A program made the position numbers and the translations under genes. A stretch of DNA of 62,930 nt, counting the filler, from Trichomonas gallinae (taxonomy: Eukaryota), in the NCBI GenBank assembly GCA_008369845.1. It is 6 parts of 6 records of this genome, joined end to end, with 100 filler letters (N's around TTAATTAATTAA, not from the genome) between each part and the next. Parts side by side here need not be neighbours in the genome. Positions count along the whole stretch, not along the records: positions 1 to 19,925 come from MRSU01001620.1; positions 20,026 to 40,258 come from MRSU01001625.1; 4 more parts are not named here. The stretch is one strand, 5' to 3'. Below, one piece after another: positions 10,304 to 21,067 of the stretch. The notes beneath the pieces were generated by a model. That model did not search any database and was not told the DNA's origin. It saw only the letters and a program-made list of their open reading frames with translations. Within the stretch, counting starts at the first letter, position 1. Each line of letters starts with the position of its first letter.

Positions 10304-10495
10304 TTTTTTGTATTTTACGTTTTTCTTATTCTTTTTTGATTTGTATCCATAATATGAATTTGAAGCTTAGATATTAGTTTGGTCATGATGTTTAGTCATG
10401 ATAAAATAAGTTATTAGAGATATTTTTAGACAAAATATATAAAGAATTTCGCAAACAATAACAATATAATATCTTTATATAAAAATACAAACAAA

Positions 10496-12136
10496 TTACC
10501 TCCTATTGATAGGTGTCACATATAGTGCACATGCAAGAGGGCGTGTGCCTGGTTTAACAGGGGGGAAGTTTTTCTTAATATAGACTTTCTTCGGTTCTTT
10601 CTTAGGAATTTGAGGTAGTAGTGACAATTCCTTCAATTCCAGCGAGCTCTTGATGAGCTTGATGTCGTTGGTACTTGAGTGCCTTGTAGCCTTGGAAATT
10701 GAGACAGAAGAGACACTTCTCGATGACTTTGAGCTCAGATCTAAAGGTGGCTGAGCGACAAAACCTGTCCGAGATTCGTCGAACGGGAATATTTTGAGAT
10801 TCAAGTTTTGGTCTGCTGCGAAGGCTTCTACTTCTGTCTGGAAGTTCAGTGTCGGTGCTGTTTTGTTCTGGAAGAAGTTCTTGAAGAAAGAAGGGTACTG
10901 TCTCGTTGAATATGCTGATGATGCGTTTATCGAAATTGCGGCCTGAAGCCAAATGATTCTTGTGTTGTTGAGCATTGATAAACTCTCGCAAAACGCTAGC
11001 GATCTGCCAGCATATTTTCTCTTAATGCTAGATAAAATAATAAAAACAAACATCTTTCTTACATACAGCGAAACCCATTCTTTTGTTTCTTCTCTGGTTT
11101 GGTTCTGTATAACTATGTTCTTAAATAAGTTCATAGCTGCTCTGTGCCAAACTTTTGAATTTATTGCTGTTCTAGCAGCAAAATTCAGGACTTTCTCGCA
11201 GCCAACATCTTTGCTTATGGCCTCCAAAAGAATAAAATCTTGAATGTTTCTAACTCCTCGTTCAAGAATAATTTCGAATATTTTCTGTGATTGAGAAAAC
11301 TGGTTGTTCATGTTAAGCATGCACTTAGCAGCAGTATAGAATAAATCTGATTGGTGTGAATCAAGATTTTGAAGCAATAATGAATATCGGTGCGGCATCT
11401 GATATTTCATCTGTTTGGGTGCAATGTGGGTAAGTAGGGATAAAGCTATACGTAAAAGTTCGGCTGATGCTTCGATATTTGCATATCTCAGCAAAACTAG
11501 GATTTTATCTAAAAAATCAATCGATGTTTTTGATAAATGAGAAGGCTTTCGTGCCCCTGAATACAGTAAATCAAGAAGAATGCTCGCAACTTGAATTTTA
11601 AAGATCCAGCCTTTTTTTGTTTGTGATCTTTTTGAAGAATTCAAGAAATTGAGAGCTGTGCTTATTAAAGTTGATGATATTGACAGATTTCCAGTAATGT
11701 CGAACCACAATTTGTGGCCATCAAGCTTCAATTCATGCAATGTTTGAACGAATAAACTCGGATTATTAAATATAATAGGAACTACTTGCGTGACGAATGA
11801 CAGTAAGTTGCTATACTTCAAAGTGGATATGGTTGTAACGCATGATTTAACGTTTTTAGGTGTATACAAATTTCGGTTATTAAAAACGAAAGTGATAAAC
11901 GAGTTGAAATCTGTTAGTGGGTTCTGTACATCAGCTGTTGGATGGAATTCTTTGACTCGATTGTAAATCTGTTCCCAGTATTCTTCTTTGTCACCAGAAA
12001 TCGCGAATGTAAAGAAGCAGGGGCATATTTTAAGCCACGCTTTCTGCGCTATATCAGGGTCCACACATTTCCGCTCGTAAACAAGATTCTCTCTATGTGT
12101 AATTCCTGATAAAAACCATTCATGAGATTCATTCAT
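10496..12136 (-). CDS. Hypothetical alpha-helical protein
   Basis: 546-aa ATG-initiated ORF; no family recognised. Confidence 0.75.
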   Translation of the reverse strand: MNESHEWFLSGITHRENLVYERKCVDPDIAQKAWLKICPCFFTFAISGDKEEYWEQIYNRVKEFHPTADVQNPLTDFNSFITFVFNNRNLYTPKNVKSCVTTISTLKYSNLLSFVTQVVPIIFNNPSLFVQTLHELKLDGHKLWFDITGNLSISSTLISTALNFLNSSKRSQTKKGWIFKIQVASILLDLLYSGARKPSHLSKTSIDFLDKILVLLRYANIEASAELLRIALSLLTHIAPKQMKYQMPHRYSLLLQNLDSHQSDLFYTAAKCMLNMNNQFSQSQKIFEIILERGVRNIQDFILLEAISKDVGCEKVLNFAARTAINSKVWHRAAMNLFKNIVIQNQTREETKEWVSLYVRKMFVFIILSSIKRKYAGRSLAFCESLSMLNNTRIIWLQAAISINASSAYSTRQYPSFFKNFFQNKTAPTLNFQTEVEAFAADQNLNLKIFPFDESRTGFVAQPPLDLSSKSSRSVSSVSISKATRHSSTNDIKLIKSSLELKELSLLPQIPKKEPKKVYIKKNFPPVKPGTRPLACALYVTPINRR

Positions 12137-12629
12137 TTTTTTTCCTTACACGTTTTTTATTTTATTGGATATGTGAACGATCTGACTTGAAATATGTGAT
12201 AATAACCCATAGAAGATGCTGTGTTTTTAATATGAGACGTAAAATCTGTCTTAATTATGCTCAAAAACTGACTTTTAAAAAATTCAAATTACGGGCGTGT
12301 AAGCGATTAAAAATCATTTAAAAATATTAATTACATTATTTTTAATGTTTTTTATTTTCATACAAATTTATTTTGAATTAAAAATAATCGTTGTTTAACC
12401 TTAATCATCGGGATGATAAATTAACGGAGAAAATCACAAATACATCATTATATCGCGATATGCTATTTTATATATGTAGATCACTAATTAAATGACTCAT
12501 TAACGCGATTATACTTTAAAAACAATAACACTCTTCCTTAAAAATACTCAAAATCAAATTCATCATATTCAAATTTACAAATCTCTATCAATATAATATA
12601 TATTATTCCAAATTGCATTAAATCAGATT

Positions 12630-12885
12630 GATAAAAATGGTCAACTTTCATATAATTATCGAAAAAATATTCATTATAAAGTTAATATCATCAAAATTGC
12701 AAATATATAACGTAAAATTATTTCAAAACATCAAAGTGTTTTATATGATAATGATAAAATTGGTCAACACTATTTTGATTATTGAATAAATATTCCATTA
12801 TAAAGCTATTATCATTAAATTAGCTAATATATAATAAAGAAATGTTCATATCATGTAATTGTTTTATCTAGTAATGATAAAATAG
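12630..12885. repeat. Degenerate ~123-bp tandem duplication
   Basis: GATAAAAWTGGTCAAC-like block at 12630 and 12753, partial third start at 12876; shared AAATATTC(C)ATTATAAAG block. Confidence 0.6.
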
Positions 12886-13046
12886 ATTCAATCTTTGAAA
12901 AAATGCAGAAAATATCGAATTAAAATGAAAAATCGTTTTTATGATATAATTCTTATATAAAAAGTGAATTATTTATAGATAAGTATCTATTTTTATGGTT
13001 AAAAACGATTTTTAAGGAGTCCAAAATTTTTAAACGTGCGCTAAAA

Positions 13047-14735
13047 ATGGATTTGAAGAAAATTTCTCCGCAAGATAAGCTTAAGATTAAGCAGTTTTTC
13101 CAGGAACATGATGCACATGACTATGTGAAAGCTTTCATGGCTCAATCTTTCGGAGAAGCAACTGCTAAATCTAGAAGATCAAATATCGCTGTTGCAAAAC
13201 CGTCAAGAGAGCAATCAGTCGACGATGTTGAAGTCTCAGAGCCATCTCTAGTCATTGAACTTAAAGATGGAGCCGCATTCGACGAATTTCACAAATCCGC
13301 AATAAAAATGACAATTCAAGTTACAATTGATATATTAGGTAAATTATATACATTTAGCAATATTAAGGCGTGTCAATGCCCGCAAATTGGACAAAAAATA
13401 GTCATTCCTTTGCAATTACAGATCGAAAATCTCATTGCAGATCCACGACCGATGAGAATTTGCATATCCACTACAGCCCCCGACCTTTCTTTCGTGGGTC
13501 TCAACGTATATAACTGGAGAAAAGTCTTTTCTGAAGGCAAATCTTCAGCATCAGTTGAAATGTTAGGTTTACAGAACGAAATTGTTGGTGTTTTGCACTT
13601 TAATTTCAGTTTGCTTGGTTATCCACAGGGAATGAACTTCGCACAATACAAACAACTCCTTGAATTACAACTTCGTCAAGAATCTTTGGATAAAATCGAA
13701 GCTGAGCGCCAATACGCTGTGAAACTGAAGATATGGTGGAGAGAGCTACAGCAGCTCATTGAAGATAAATCATTTAACATCGTTGCAAACGAATTAGGCG
13801 ACAATTCATCAAAAATTTTCGATTTTATCACACCATTCTACGACAGATCTCTTCTCACTCCTGGCCACTGCCTCCGCTTTGCCTACCTGATGTCTCCAAT
13901 CATTGCTCCTTCGATTCCATCATTTCTGCCGAGCTGGGCAGTTGTTTCTTCTCGTTGTGGCGGCGAGCGCGAAAAACTCAATTTACTGGTTTCTTTGTTG
14001 CGTGGATTTGGATTCCATGCTTATGTTGCTGTAGGTAAACCCAAGTGCTTTGCTGTTGCATTCTCAACAGCTCTGATTTTCTTCGATGTTATGACAGGAA
14101 AGTTCGGAGAAAAGCCGCCAACGAAATGTGACACAGTTTCATTTTTGTACAATGAAAATGCTTTGTATGCGAACTTGAATCCAAAAGACAACATAAGTAA
14201 GCTGCAGTGGGATGTAAAGAATCCACTGCGCTGGAAGTATCTGGAAGCTCCTCCAAGATCACCAGATAAATTCGCTCCTTCTCTTTCGACCGAAATGGAA
14301 GAAGAAATTGACGAAGAAGAATTAGAACTTAAAGTCAGAAAGATCATTGAGATACATAGAAACTCTATCGGTCTTATGACTAAGTGGAACAATGACCTTT
14401 ACCCAGTTCTACTCCCAAAGGTTGACTCTTATGAACGTGAAAAAGTGACTGGTCAATCACTTGCTGTTGATTCGCTCGCTAAAGATGCAATCAGCATGAA
14501 GATGAAGCCATATCACTCACTAAGAGCTGCCCCTGCTCTCACTAATTCATGCACCCCTGAAGCAATCTTCAATGCAATCGTTAAATCGCGCTGTGGAGCT
14601 GAATTATTGAGCGCCAGAGATGATGATTCATCATTCATTGTCATAGTCCGCTGCACGCGTTATCCAAATGGCCTCGTCGCTACTTGGGCATTGTTAGCTA
14701 TAGATTCAGTCAGTCCGCCAGGCTTAGTTCAGTAA
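13047..14735 (+). CDS. CEP76: Centrosomal protein CEP76-like (C2 plus degenerate transglutaminase-like domain)
   Basis: LLTPGHCLRFAYLM...GGEREKLNLLVSLLRGFGFHAYVAVG, LYAN and YPNGLVATW motifs follow the CEP76 layout. Confidence 0.75.
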   Translation: MDLKKISPQDKLKIKQFFQEHDAHDYVKAFMAQSFGEATAKSRRSNIAVAKPSREQSVDDVEVSEPSLVIELKDGAAFDEFHKSAIKMTIQVTIDILGKLYTFSNIKACQCPQIGQKIVIPLQLQIENLIADPRPMRICISTTAPDLSFVGLNVYNWRKVFSEGKSSASVEMLGLQNEIVGVLHFNFSLLGYPQGMNFAQYKQLLELQLRQESLDKIEAERQYAVKLKIWWRELQQLIEDKSFNIVANELGDNSSKIFDFITPFYDRSLLTPGHCLRFAYLMSPIIAPSIPSFLPSWAVVSSRCGGEREKLNLLVSLLRGFGFHAYVAVGKPKCFAVAFSTALIFFDVMTGKFGEKPPTKCDTVSFLYNENALYANLNPKDNISKLQWDVKNPLRWKYLEAPPRSPDKFAPSLSTEMEEEIDEEELELKVRKIIEIHRNSIGLMTKWNNDLYPVLLPKVDSYEREKVTGQSLAVDSLAKDAISMKMKPYHSLRAAPALTNSCTPEAIFNAIVKSRCGAELLSARDDDSSFIVIVRCTRYPNGLVATWALLAIDSVSPPGLVQ

Positions 14736-15286
14736 TTTATTAGATAATTTTTTGTAAATTTTGTTTTTTAATCAATTAAATATGAAATTTTGTTACATTT
14801 TAAAGCATCAAAACTAATTTTGAAGCACAAAATTTTAATATTATTCATAACTTCAAAAATCACAGACAAAAATCTTAGTAAACTATTTATTAAATTTACA
14901 CACATATAGAGATTATATGGTAAAAGTGCTCAGGCTTATTCTTGATTAGATAACAAATTGCAAATAAATTTCTAAATAATAAGTTTCTCTCTAGCATTAA
15001 TCAACTATAGTTTGTACAATTACAAATTCTACATTTCTTGAATGTATGCGAATGATCCAATAATATTCTCAATATAAGCTCCCATATTTAGCTTGCATAC
15101 AACATCAATTATTTCCATATACATATGATGATTATATATAAGAAGTGTTGAGGCTCAATCTTCATTAAGAAGTTTAATTCAAGTTGAAATGAATTAAATA
15201 TGAAAAATATGTAATATTGTTGATAAAAATGATGATAAAAACAAATAAAACGAAGTTGGCCGATCAATTGCAAAAAAAAAAAAAAA

Positions 15287-16180
15287 ATGGGTTCAGCGCA
15301 AAGCACAGAAAAGAAAAGTGCTCGACTTGTTGATGATTTTGACACACTTCTTGGCCGTGTAACTGATGTTGGATCGATCATGGTGATCAATGGCTTCGAT
15401 TTCACTCACGTTTACAATTTTAAACCAGGTCATAACTTAGTTCAACAGTTATCGATCTCTCCGCGCATTTATCCTGTGGAGCTTGCTGCACAGTCTGGTG
15501 AGAGGATAATTCCAGGCAGCTACAGCGCGATTTTCGTAGGAAGTGTTAGCGATATGGAATACAGAGTTGCTTTTCCTCTTTTTGATAAGCCAAACGCTCA
15601 ACTTACAGTCCCACTCACCGATTATTGCAAGACATCACTCTACGTACAACCTTCATTGAATCCAGATATAACTGGCTATTTGAGGTACAGAGACCCAAGA
15701 ATTGCCACCGAGTTCGCATTCTCAGCATCAGATTACTTTACAAAAGGCAATGTCATCGTTAATTTTGCATCTGAATTCAAGAACACTACATACGGCGCTC
15801 TTTTGCATAAAACATTGTTCAAATCCGGCTATACATTTAGAGTTGGCTTTTCAACAAAATTCGGAAAGTTCGAAAGCGGCACATTTATCTCTTTTGATCC
15901 ACAACTTCATATCAACAAATCACTCAGATATAAACCAAACGAGGACACAGAGGGTGGTCTTCATATCGAATTATATCCATCAGACTTAAGAACAAAAACT
16001 GCCTTCTTCATTGAGCGCAATTTCTCAATGTCTGTTTTCGCTTTTAACATTACAAGCACAGGTTCTTGCTCATCATGCATTAAGAGAAGACTTGGAACCC
16101 ATCAATCATTGCAGATTACATCATCTGCAGATTTATTCAAGAAAGTCTATCAATTTGGACTTGGACTTGTTTTTGAATGA
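15287..16180 (+). CDS. TOM40: Tom40/porin-family beta-barrel, probably hydrogenosomal outer membrane
   Basis: ~300 aa with alternating beta-strand pattern; C-terminal beta-signal-like YQFGLGLVFE. Confidence 0.65.
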   Translation: MGSAQSTEKKSARLVDDFDTLLGRVTDVGSIMVINGFDFTHVYNFKPGHNLVQQLSISPRIYPVELAAQSGERIIPGSYSAIFVGSVSDMEYRVAFPLFDKPNAQLTVPLTDYCKTSLYVQPSLNPDITGYLRYRDPRIATEFAFSASDYFTKGNVIVNFASEFKNTTYGALLHKTLFKSGYTFRVGFSTKFGKFESGTFISFDPQLHINKSLRYKPNEDTEGGLHIELYPSDLRTKTAFFIERNFSMSVFAFNITSTGSCSSCIKRRLGTHQSLQITSSADLFKKVYQFGLGLVFE

Positions 16181-16722
16181 AATTATACTAAAGTTTTAAT
16201 AGAATTATTTAATTATTAGATTTTATATATTTTGAAAAATTAACTTTTTAGCTAAATTGAAGATGTCATTTGGAGATTTTGGAGATAGAAAATAGTTTTT
16301 TGATATCTGTGATTGATAATAAAGAGGTCAATATTTTTTTCTTATTTCAAAGCATTGAATTTCTCAATTTAGTGTTGATAAAACAGATGTATATGAGTTT
16401 TATAGTTAAAATTAATAAAGAAAATGCCTCATCTTTGGCATTTTGAATTTTGCAAAAAATAAAAAGAGTTAAAATTCGCTGGTGTTCATTGTTTATTGCT
16501 AAGATGATGATTAATGTCTGTTTGTCGCTGTTAAAACTCATAACCAATATTTTTTTTTTGAAAAATAAACAATCGATTTTGTTCTAATTAAAGAACTGTA
16601 ACGAATATTGGTATTTTTAAAACAACTTTACTTCAAACTATATATGATAAAGGTCATGAAGCTTTATATTTTTTTTTTCTCACAAACATATATAAATTCT
16701 CAACAAAATAAACATACAGATC

Positions 16723-17734
16723 TTAATCGCCAGCCATGTAGATAGTATCAAGATCGAGTTCATATGGTGTATCGCGCGTGAATCGATTCTGAGAATCAGT
16801 AAACAATCTAATCGAAAAATCATCGACATCAGAACATTCAGGCAGCGCCTCGAAATCCGGCGAATTCTGAATCATAATCTGTGTGAAATTGTGCCTCGAG
16901 AAGTTGCCCTGCTTGTGGAACAAGCCGCCCTGGACGGCGTGAATTCCAAGCAAAGCAGCTAATATCTGCGCGTTGACTTTCATAACTGTTTTCGTTATCC
17001 ACATAACGCCAGTGTACCAGTAAGCGTCTGGGAAGGCCTTTGTGATTAGCAGTGCGTGGTACAACTTAATTGGGAAAACTCGACCGATTCCATTTCTACG
17101 CGTGAAGAATATTTGGCGAAGATCCATAAGAGAATAAGCCTGTGAGTTCCATTCACTTGCTGGAATAAATCCTAGTTCTTGTCTGTGTGTTAGTTGAAAA
17201 ATTAAAAAGCTTTTTTATGTTGTTTAGGAAATTTGCTAAAAAATTTCCCTTCAAACAACATAAAAAAAATCGTACATACGGTCTTATAATTGGTGCGTGC
17301 GGATCGAACTTCATAATTACCTGTGGAGGAGGTCTTGGAGCGTGCATATGAGGTGCCCTCCACATTGCGCCTTGTGGGACCATTTGTGGGGGCGGAGCTA
17401 ACTGCGGCGGGGGTGCCATCGGTGGCGGTGGAGTTAACTGTGGTGGAGGCGGTCCCATTGGCATTGGAATAGCTCTCGGGAGGTTAAACTCGTTAGGTTG
17501 TGGCGCCGCGACAATCATTGTCATTTGCGGATATTTCTTGAGATCCGGACATGTTGTATAAATATCTGGTAGAGATTTCTGAGGCTCGTTCATATCCATG
17601 ATCATAGATCCTGCATAGATCGGCATCGGGGCATAAGGCTGCATCGGCATGTTACCCCATTGTTGCACCATTGAGCGGGAAAACATGCCTCCGCCAAGGC
17701 CCATGAACTTCTTGGGACCATTGCTGTCCTGCAT
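16723..17734 (-). CDS. Two-exon gene (17734-17280 + 17182-16723; 304 aa): Pro/Met-rich N-terminus plus initiator-binding-domain (IBD)-like winged-helix DNA-binding domain
   Basis: Splicing joins the two listed ORFs in frame, giving IIRPQELGFIPASEW...FPIKLYHAL...GVMW...LLGI...GGLFHKQGNF. Confidence 0.85.
17183..17279 (-). other. 97-nt spliceosomal intron with internal hairpin
   Basis: 5' GTATGT and the exact trichomonad 12-nt 3' motif ACTAACACACAG; removal restores the frame. Confidence 0.93.
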
Positions 17735-17856
17735 TTTTTCGATTTTTCAAATTTTTTTACGGTTATTTTACAAGTATCCAATATTTGTAAAGAAGCTTCA
17801 AAAATCAGATTTATAATAACCTTCACGGTATAGCTAAATATCGACAATAGAAAAAT

Positions 17857-17872
17857 GGCGCCATAATTTGAA
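17857..17872 (+). promoter_or_regulatory. GGCGCC-N4-TTTGAA composite (E2F/CDE plus CHR-like) ~125 bp upstream of the IBD-like gene
   Basis: GGCGCC ATAA TTTGAA. Confidence 0.4.
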
Positions 17873-19226
17873 AAGGAATTTAAATCGTCGATTTTTGAAT
17901 AGTCTACAATTTAAAAAAAAATGAGTTATTTCAGGACCTTTATATTAAATTGTATACGAACGAGGAATTTTTGATGAAAAATATGAAAAAAATTAATCGA
18001 AAATCGAAATTCGTTCGATATTTGAATTAGTCATTAGTTAAAAATGCTGATTTAGTTATTTTTACAAAAAAACAAATTCATCATAAATCTTCTTGAAATA
18101 ATATTGAACTATGATATTGAAATCTAAAAGAAGATTTTTTTAGTTGTAAAAATTCTAAAACAAAAATCAAATCGTTTTTAGGTATTATTGAAAAGAATCG
18201 ATAAGATATTATTAAAACATGATGCAATGCAAGATATTTAAAGCAACTTTTGATTTGAATTTTTTTGTAAACATTGCATAATTTTATTGAGAGGCAGTAA
18301 AAAAGATGATTGTTACACTATATCTTATTGTTTTACAAAGACCAATTTTAATCGATTTATACTTTTATGAATTACGAATTTATATTTTTAAAAAGTCATA
18401 CACTTCTCTGGTTTCTGAGACTTCATATGGAGATTCCTCTTTGTTTGAGTGTTAGTTAATTTTCATGCATTTTCTGTGGTTAATCAATTTTTCCGATATT
18501 TGAATTTTTCAGAACAAAGTTTATTATGAACATAGCTAATTAACAAGAGTTCTCTATTATGTACTGAAATGCTATTTTGAATAGTGTAAATTCTTGAAAA
18601 CCTAAAATCATGATAATTGGATCTATTGACATTATTAAAGCTTAATTTTTCAATATTAGGAGATTGTGAGTTTAATTTTTTCGTTTTCAATTCAAAATTT
18701 GCCCAAATTTTTAAAATCAAAATTTATTATTAGAATATCTTAACAAAAACAAATATAACAAAATTTGGTCAATTAATCAAATATTTTACATTTTTTGAAA
18801 TTTTTGCATAATATCGCTTTATTGTAGATTTAAATACCGATGTAAATGATCTCAAAATTAAACCACTTATTGAAAAATTTTAATGAAAAAACAAAAATCG
18901 ATAAAAAAAATGAAGCGTTAACAGATTAGGTTACGTTCATATGAATGACCCACAAAAATTGATTGATTCCTTATTCTTGATTATTCCGATTTTTTTATCA
19001 TTCAGTCACATGACACATTCTTTCATGGTCTTATTCTAATGCCTCATGTCAATGTATTTAAACGGCAGCGATCCTCTATATATCTAAGTTCGACGACAAA
19101 CATTTGCAATCTTACAAATGCTATTGTTTTTTATCATCCTCTTCCAAAACAAAATGTTTTGAAAATTGAGATGCAGGACGCGCGCGATGAGAAAAGTTGG
19201 AAGATAAAAAAAAAGATAAAATTTAC

Positions 19227-19620
19227 TTAAACTCGTAAGTACTCGCTTACAAGAGTAGGTATATAGCCCACACTTGAAAAATTCCGAGATGAACATTGTT
19301 TTACGACTTGTAGCACTTCTAGTTGCTCAATATTCAACAAATCATCACTAATATATGTGTTGACATAATAGTGATCTAAAATATGTCTGTCAAACTGTCT
19401 ATATTCTCTTTTTCTTGGACTAAACACAATAGTTGCTCCGTTCGGATATGAAAAAATGTCGAAGTAGTAGAAAATTTATTTGGGTTAAGCATAAAATATT
19501 TTCTTCATGAATGGTGCATGAATACCTTCCGATCCATTCACAACCTTATGGACATTATTAGTTTGCCCAGAAATTTTCTTTGATTCAGCTTCTGGAGCTT
19601 TGGCTGCAGATCCGTTCCAT
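19227..19620 (-). pseudogene. Possible degraded coding remnant of unknown family
   Basis: Two coding-like stretches (WNGSAAKAPEAESKKISG...; IFYYFDIFSYPNGATIVFSPRKREY...) separated by stops; GC above surrounding intergenic DNA. Confidence 0.3.
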
Positions 19621-19849
19621 GTACTATATTATATGGTTAATCGAGTTATTCGAAATTAAGCAATTTATATTACGAAAAAATATAATTTAGTGCTAATTTG
19701 ATGATATTTTGCACTTCGTAGATTATTATTGGATTGTTTAGTTAATTGAGCGATGAAATTGATGAAAAAATCTTATTGAAGATGAATAAAATGATGAACA
19801 AAGAATCCCAAAATCAAAAAATGATATTTGAAAAAATGAAAAAATAGTT

Positions 19850-19921
19850 TTCCGATACGGGGAGTCGAACCCCGATCCTGTGGATGAAAACCACATATCC
19901 TAACCGCTGAACGATATCGGA
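19850..19921 (-). tRNA. tRNA-Glu(TTC)
   Basis: TCCGATA/TATCGGA acceptor stem, anticodon arm TGTGG-TT-TTC-AT-CCACA, GTTCGAC T-loop; 72 nt. Confidence 0.95.
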
Positions 19922-19925
19922 TTCA

Positions 19926-20025
19926 NNNNNNNNNNNNNNNNNNNNNNNNNNNNNNNNNNNNNNNNNNNNTTAATTAATTAANNNNNNNNNNNNNNNNNNN
20001 NNNNNNNNNNNNNNNNNNNNNNNNN
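19926..20025. other. Assembly linker (N44-TTAATTAATTAA-N44)
   Basis: Six-frame stop linker flanked by Ns. Confidence 0.97.
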
Positions 20026-20485
20026 GCGAAAGCTTTAATGACTCCTGTTGGATCAGTAGCTTGCCTACAGTGGACAACTACCCGTTTAAAGTAACCTTAA
20101 AAATAATTCGGTCAAATTTTACCAGTTTATAATTTAGAGTTATGATATTATTATTTCAAATTTCCTTTGTAACGAAATATTAAAGAGTTTCTACTCAAAT
20201 ATATCATTTATTCATTATAGAATTGATCAGTTGAGCTTTTGGACGTGAAGGATTAGAATTACACTTTCTATATTTCATATAGTCGATTGTATTGTAATCG
20301 AATCGATGGGAATTAAGTTTTAGAGTCGTTATAAAAATTTAATTTGGATTATGAATGGATATGATTAAAATAGCATCCGCTATATTTAGTTTCATTGTGA
20401 ACGAAAAGACAATGTTGCATATCTCTGGGGTGGAAAAAAAAAAAACTCGTTATTTCTCAGATCTGTTTTTACCGTCAATTTTTAA

Positions 20486-21067
20486 ATGCGGGAAAATAAG
20501 TGTTTAACAATCGCATTAATCGGTGAGCCTGGATCTGGAAAGAGCCAGCTACTGAATAGATATATCAATGACAAGTTCAGCGAGTACTATCAGCCTTCGA
20601 TCGGAATCGCTTCAGGAGAAATTCTTTCAGAGTTCCAAGACAAGCGTTTCAGCAATAAAATACTTGACGCAGCGACGACGGATCTTCTTACTACAACACC
20701 TGAATTGCTAGATAAAATCAATGCTTTTATTATTGTCGTCGATTATACTTCTATGGCTTCCATAAGTGAAATAGAAAAGTATGTTACTTTTTGTGGGTCG
20801 AAGGTAAGAGCAATATTTGGAAATAAAACCGATATCTGTCCCGATTACAAAACAATTGAAAGCAAGCTTATAGATAAGTTTGGCCAAAATGGATACTTTT
20901 CCGGAAATGTCAAGGAAAATGTCAATATAGATGATGTATTCGAATGGGTAATTAGACAATTGGATGATCAGCACGCATTGAGTAGTAGACCTACTGAGAG
21001 GGACATACCCAAAGCTGATAAAGAAGAAAAGCCTGTCAATCAGTCAAAGTGTTGCTTACTTATATAA
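20486..21067 (+). CDS. Divergent Ras-superfamily (Rab-like) small GTPase
   Basis: GEPGSGKS P-loop, GNKTD G4, C-terminal CCLLI prenylation motif; degenerate G3. Confidence 0.85.
   Translation: MRENKCLTIALIGEPGSGKSQLLNRYINDKFSEYYQPSIGIASGEILSEFQDKRFSNKILDAATTDLLTTTPELLDKINAFIIVVDYTSMASISEIEKYVTFCGSKVRAIFGNKTDICPDYKTIESKLIDKFGQNGYFSGNVKENVNIDDVFEWVIRQLDDQHALSSRPTERDIPKADKEEKPVNQSKCCLLI

Noticed and set aside
18385..18480. ACTAACAC and CAGAGAAG words suggesting an intron or U6 snRNA
   Set aside because: Neither the 12-nt intron motif nor the U6 ACAGAGA/AGC context is complete
19970..19981. TTAATTAATTAA between N runs (five copies in the window)
   Set aside because: Artificial six-frame-stop scaffolding linker, not biology
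20044..20053. ATCCAACAGG shared with 23-32, with a similar word near 57630
   Set aside because: Only 10 nt and inconsistent orientation relative to contig ends; may be chance
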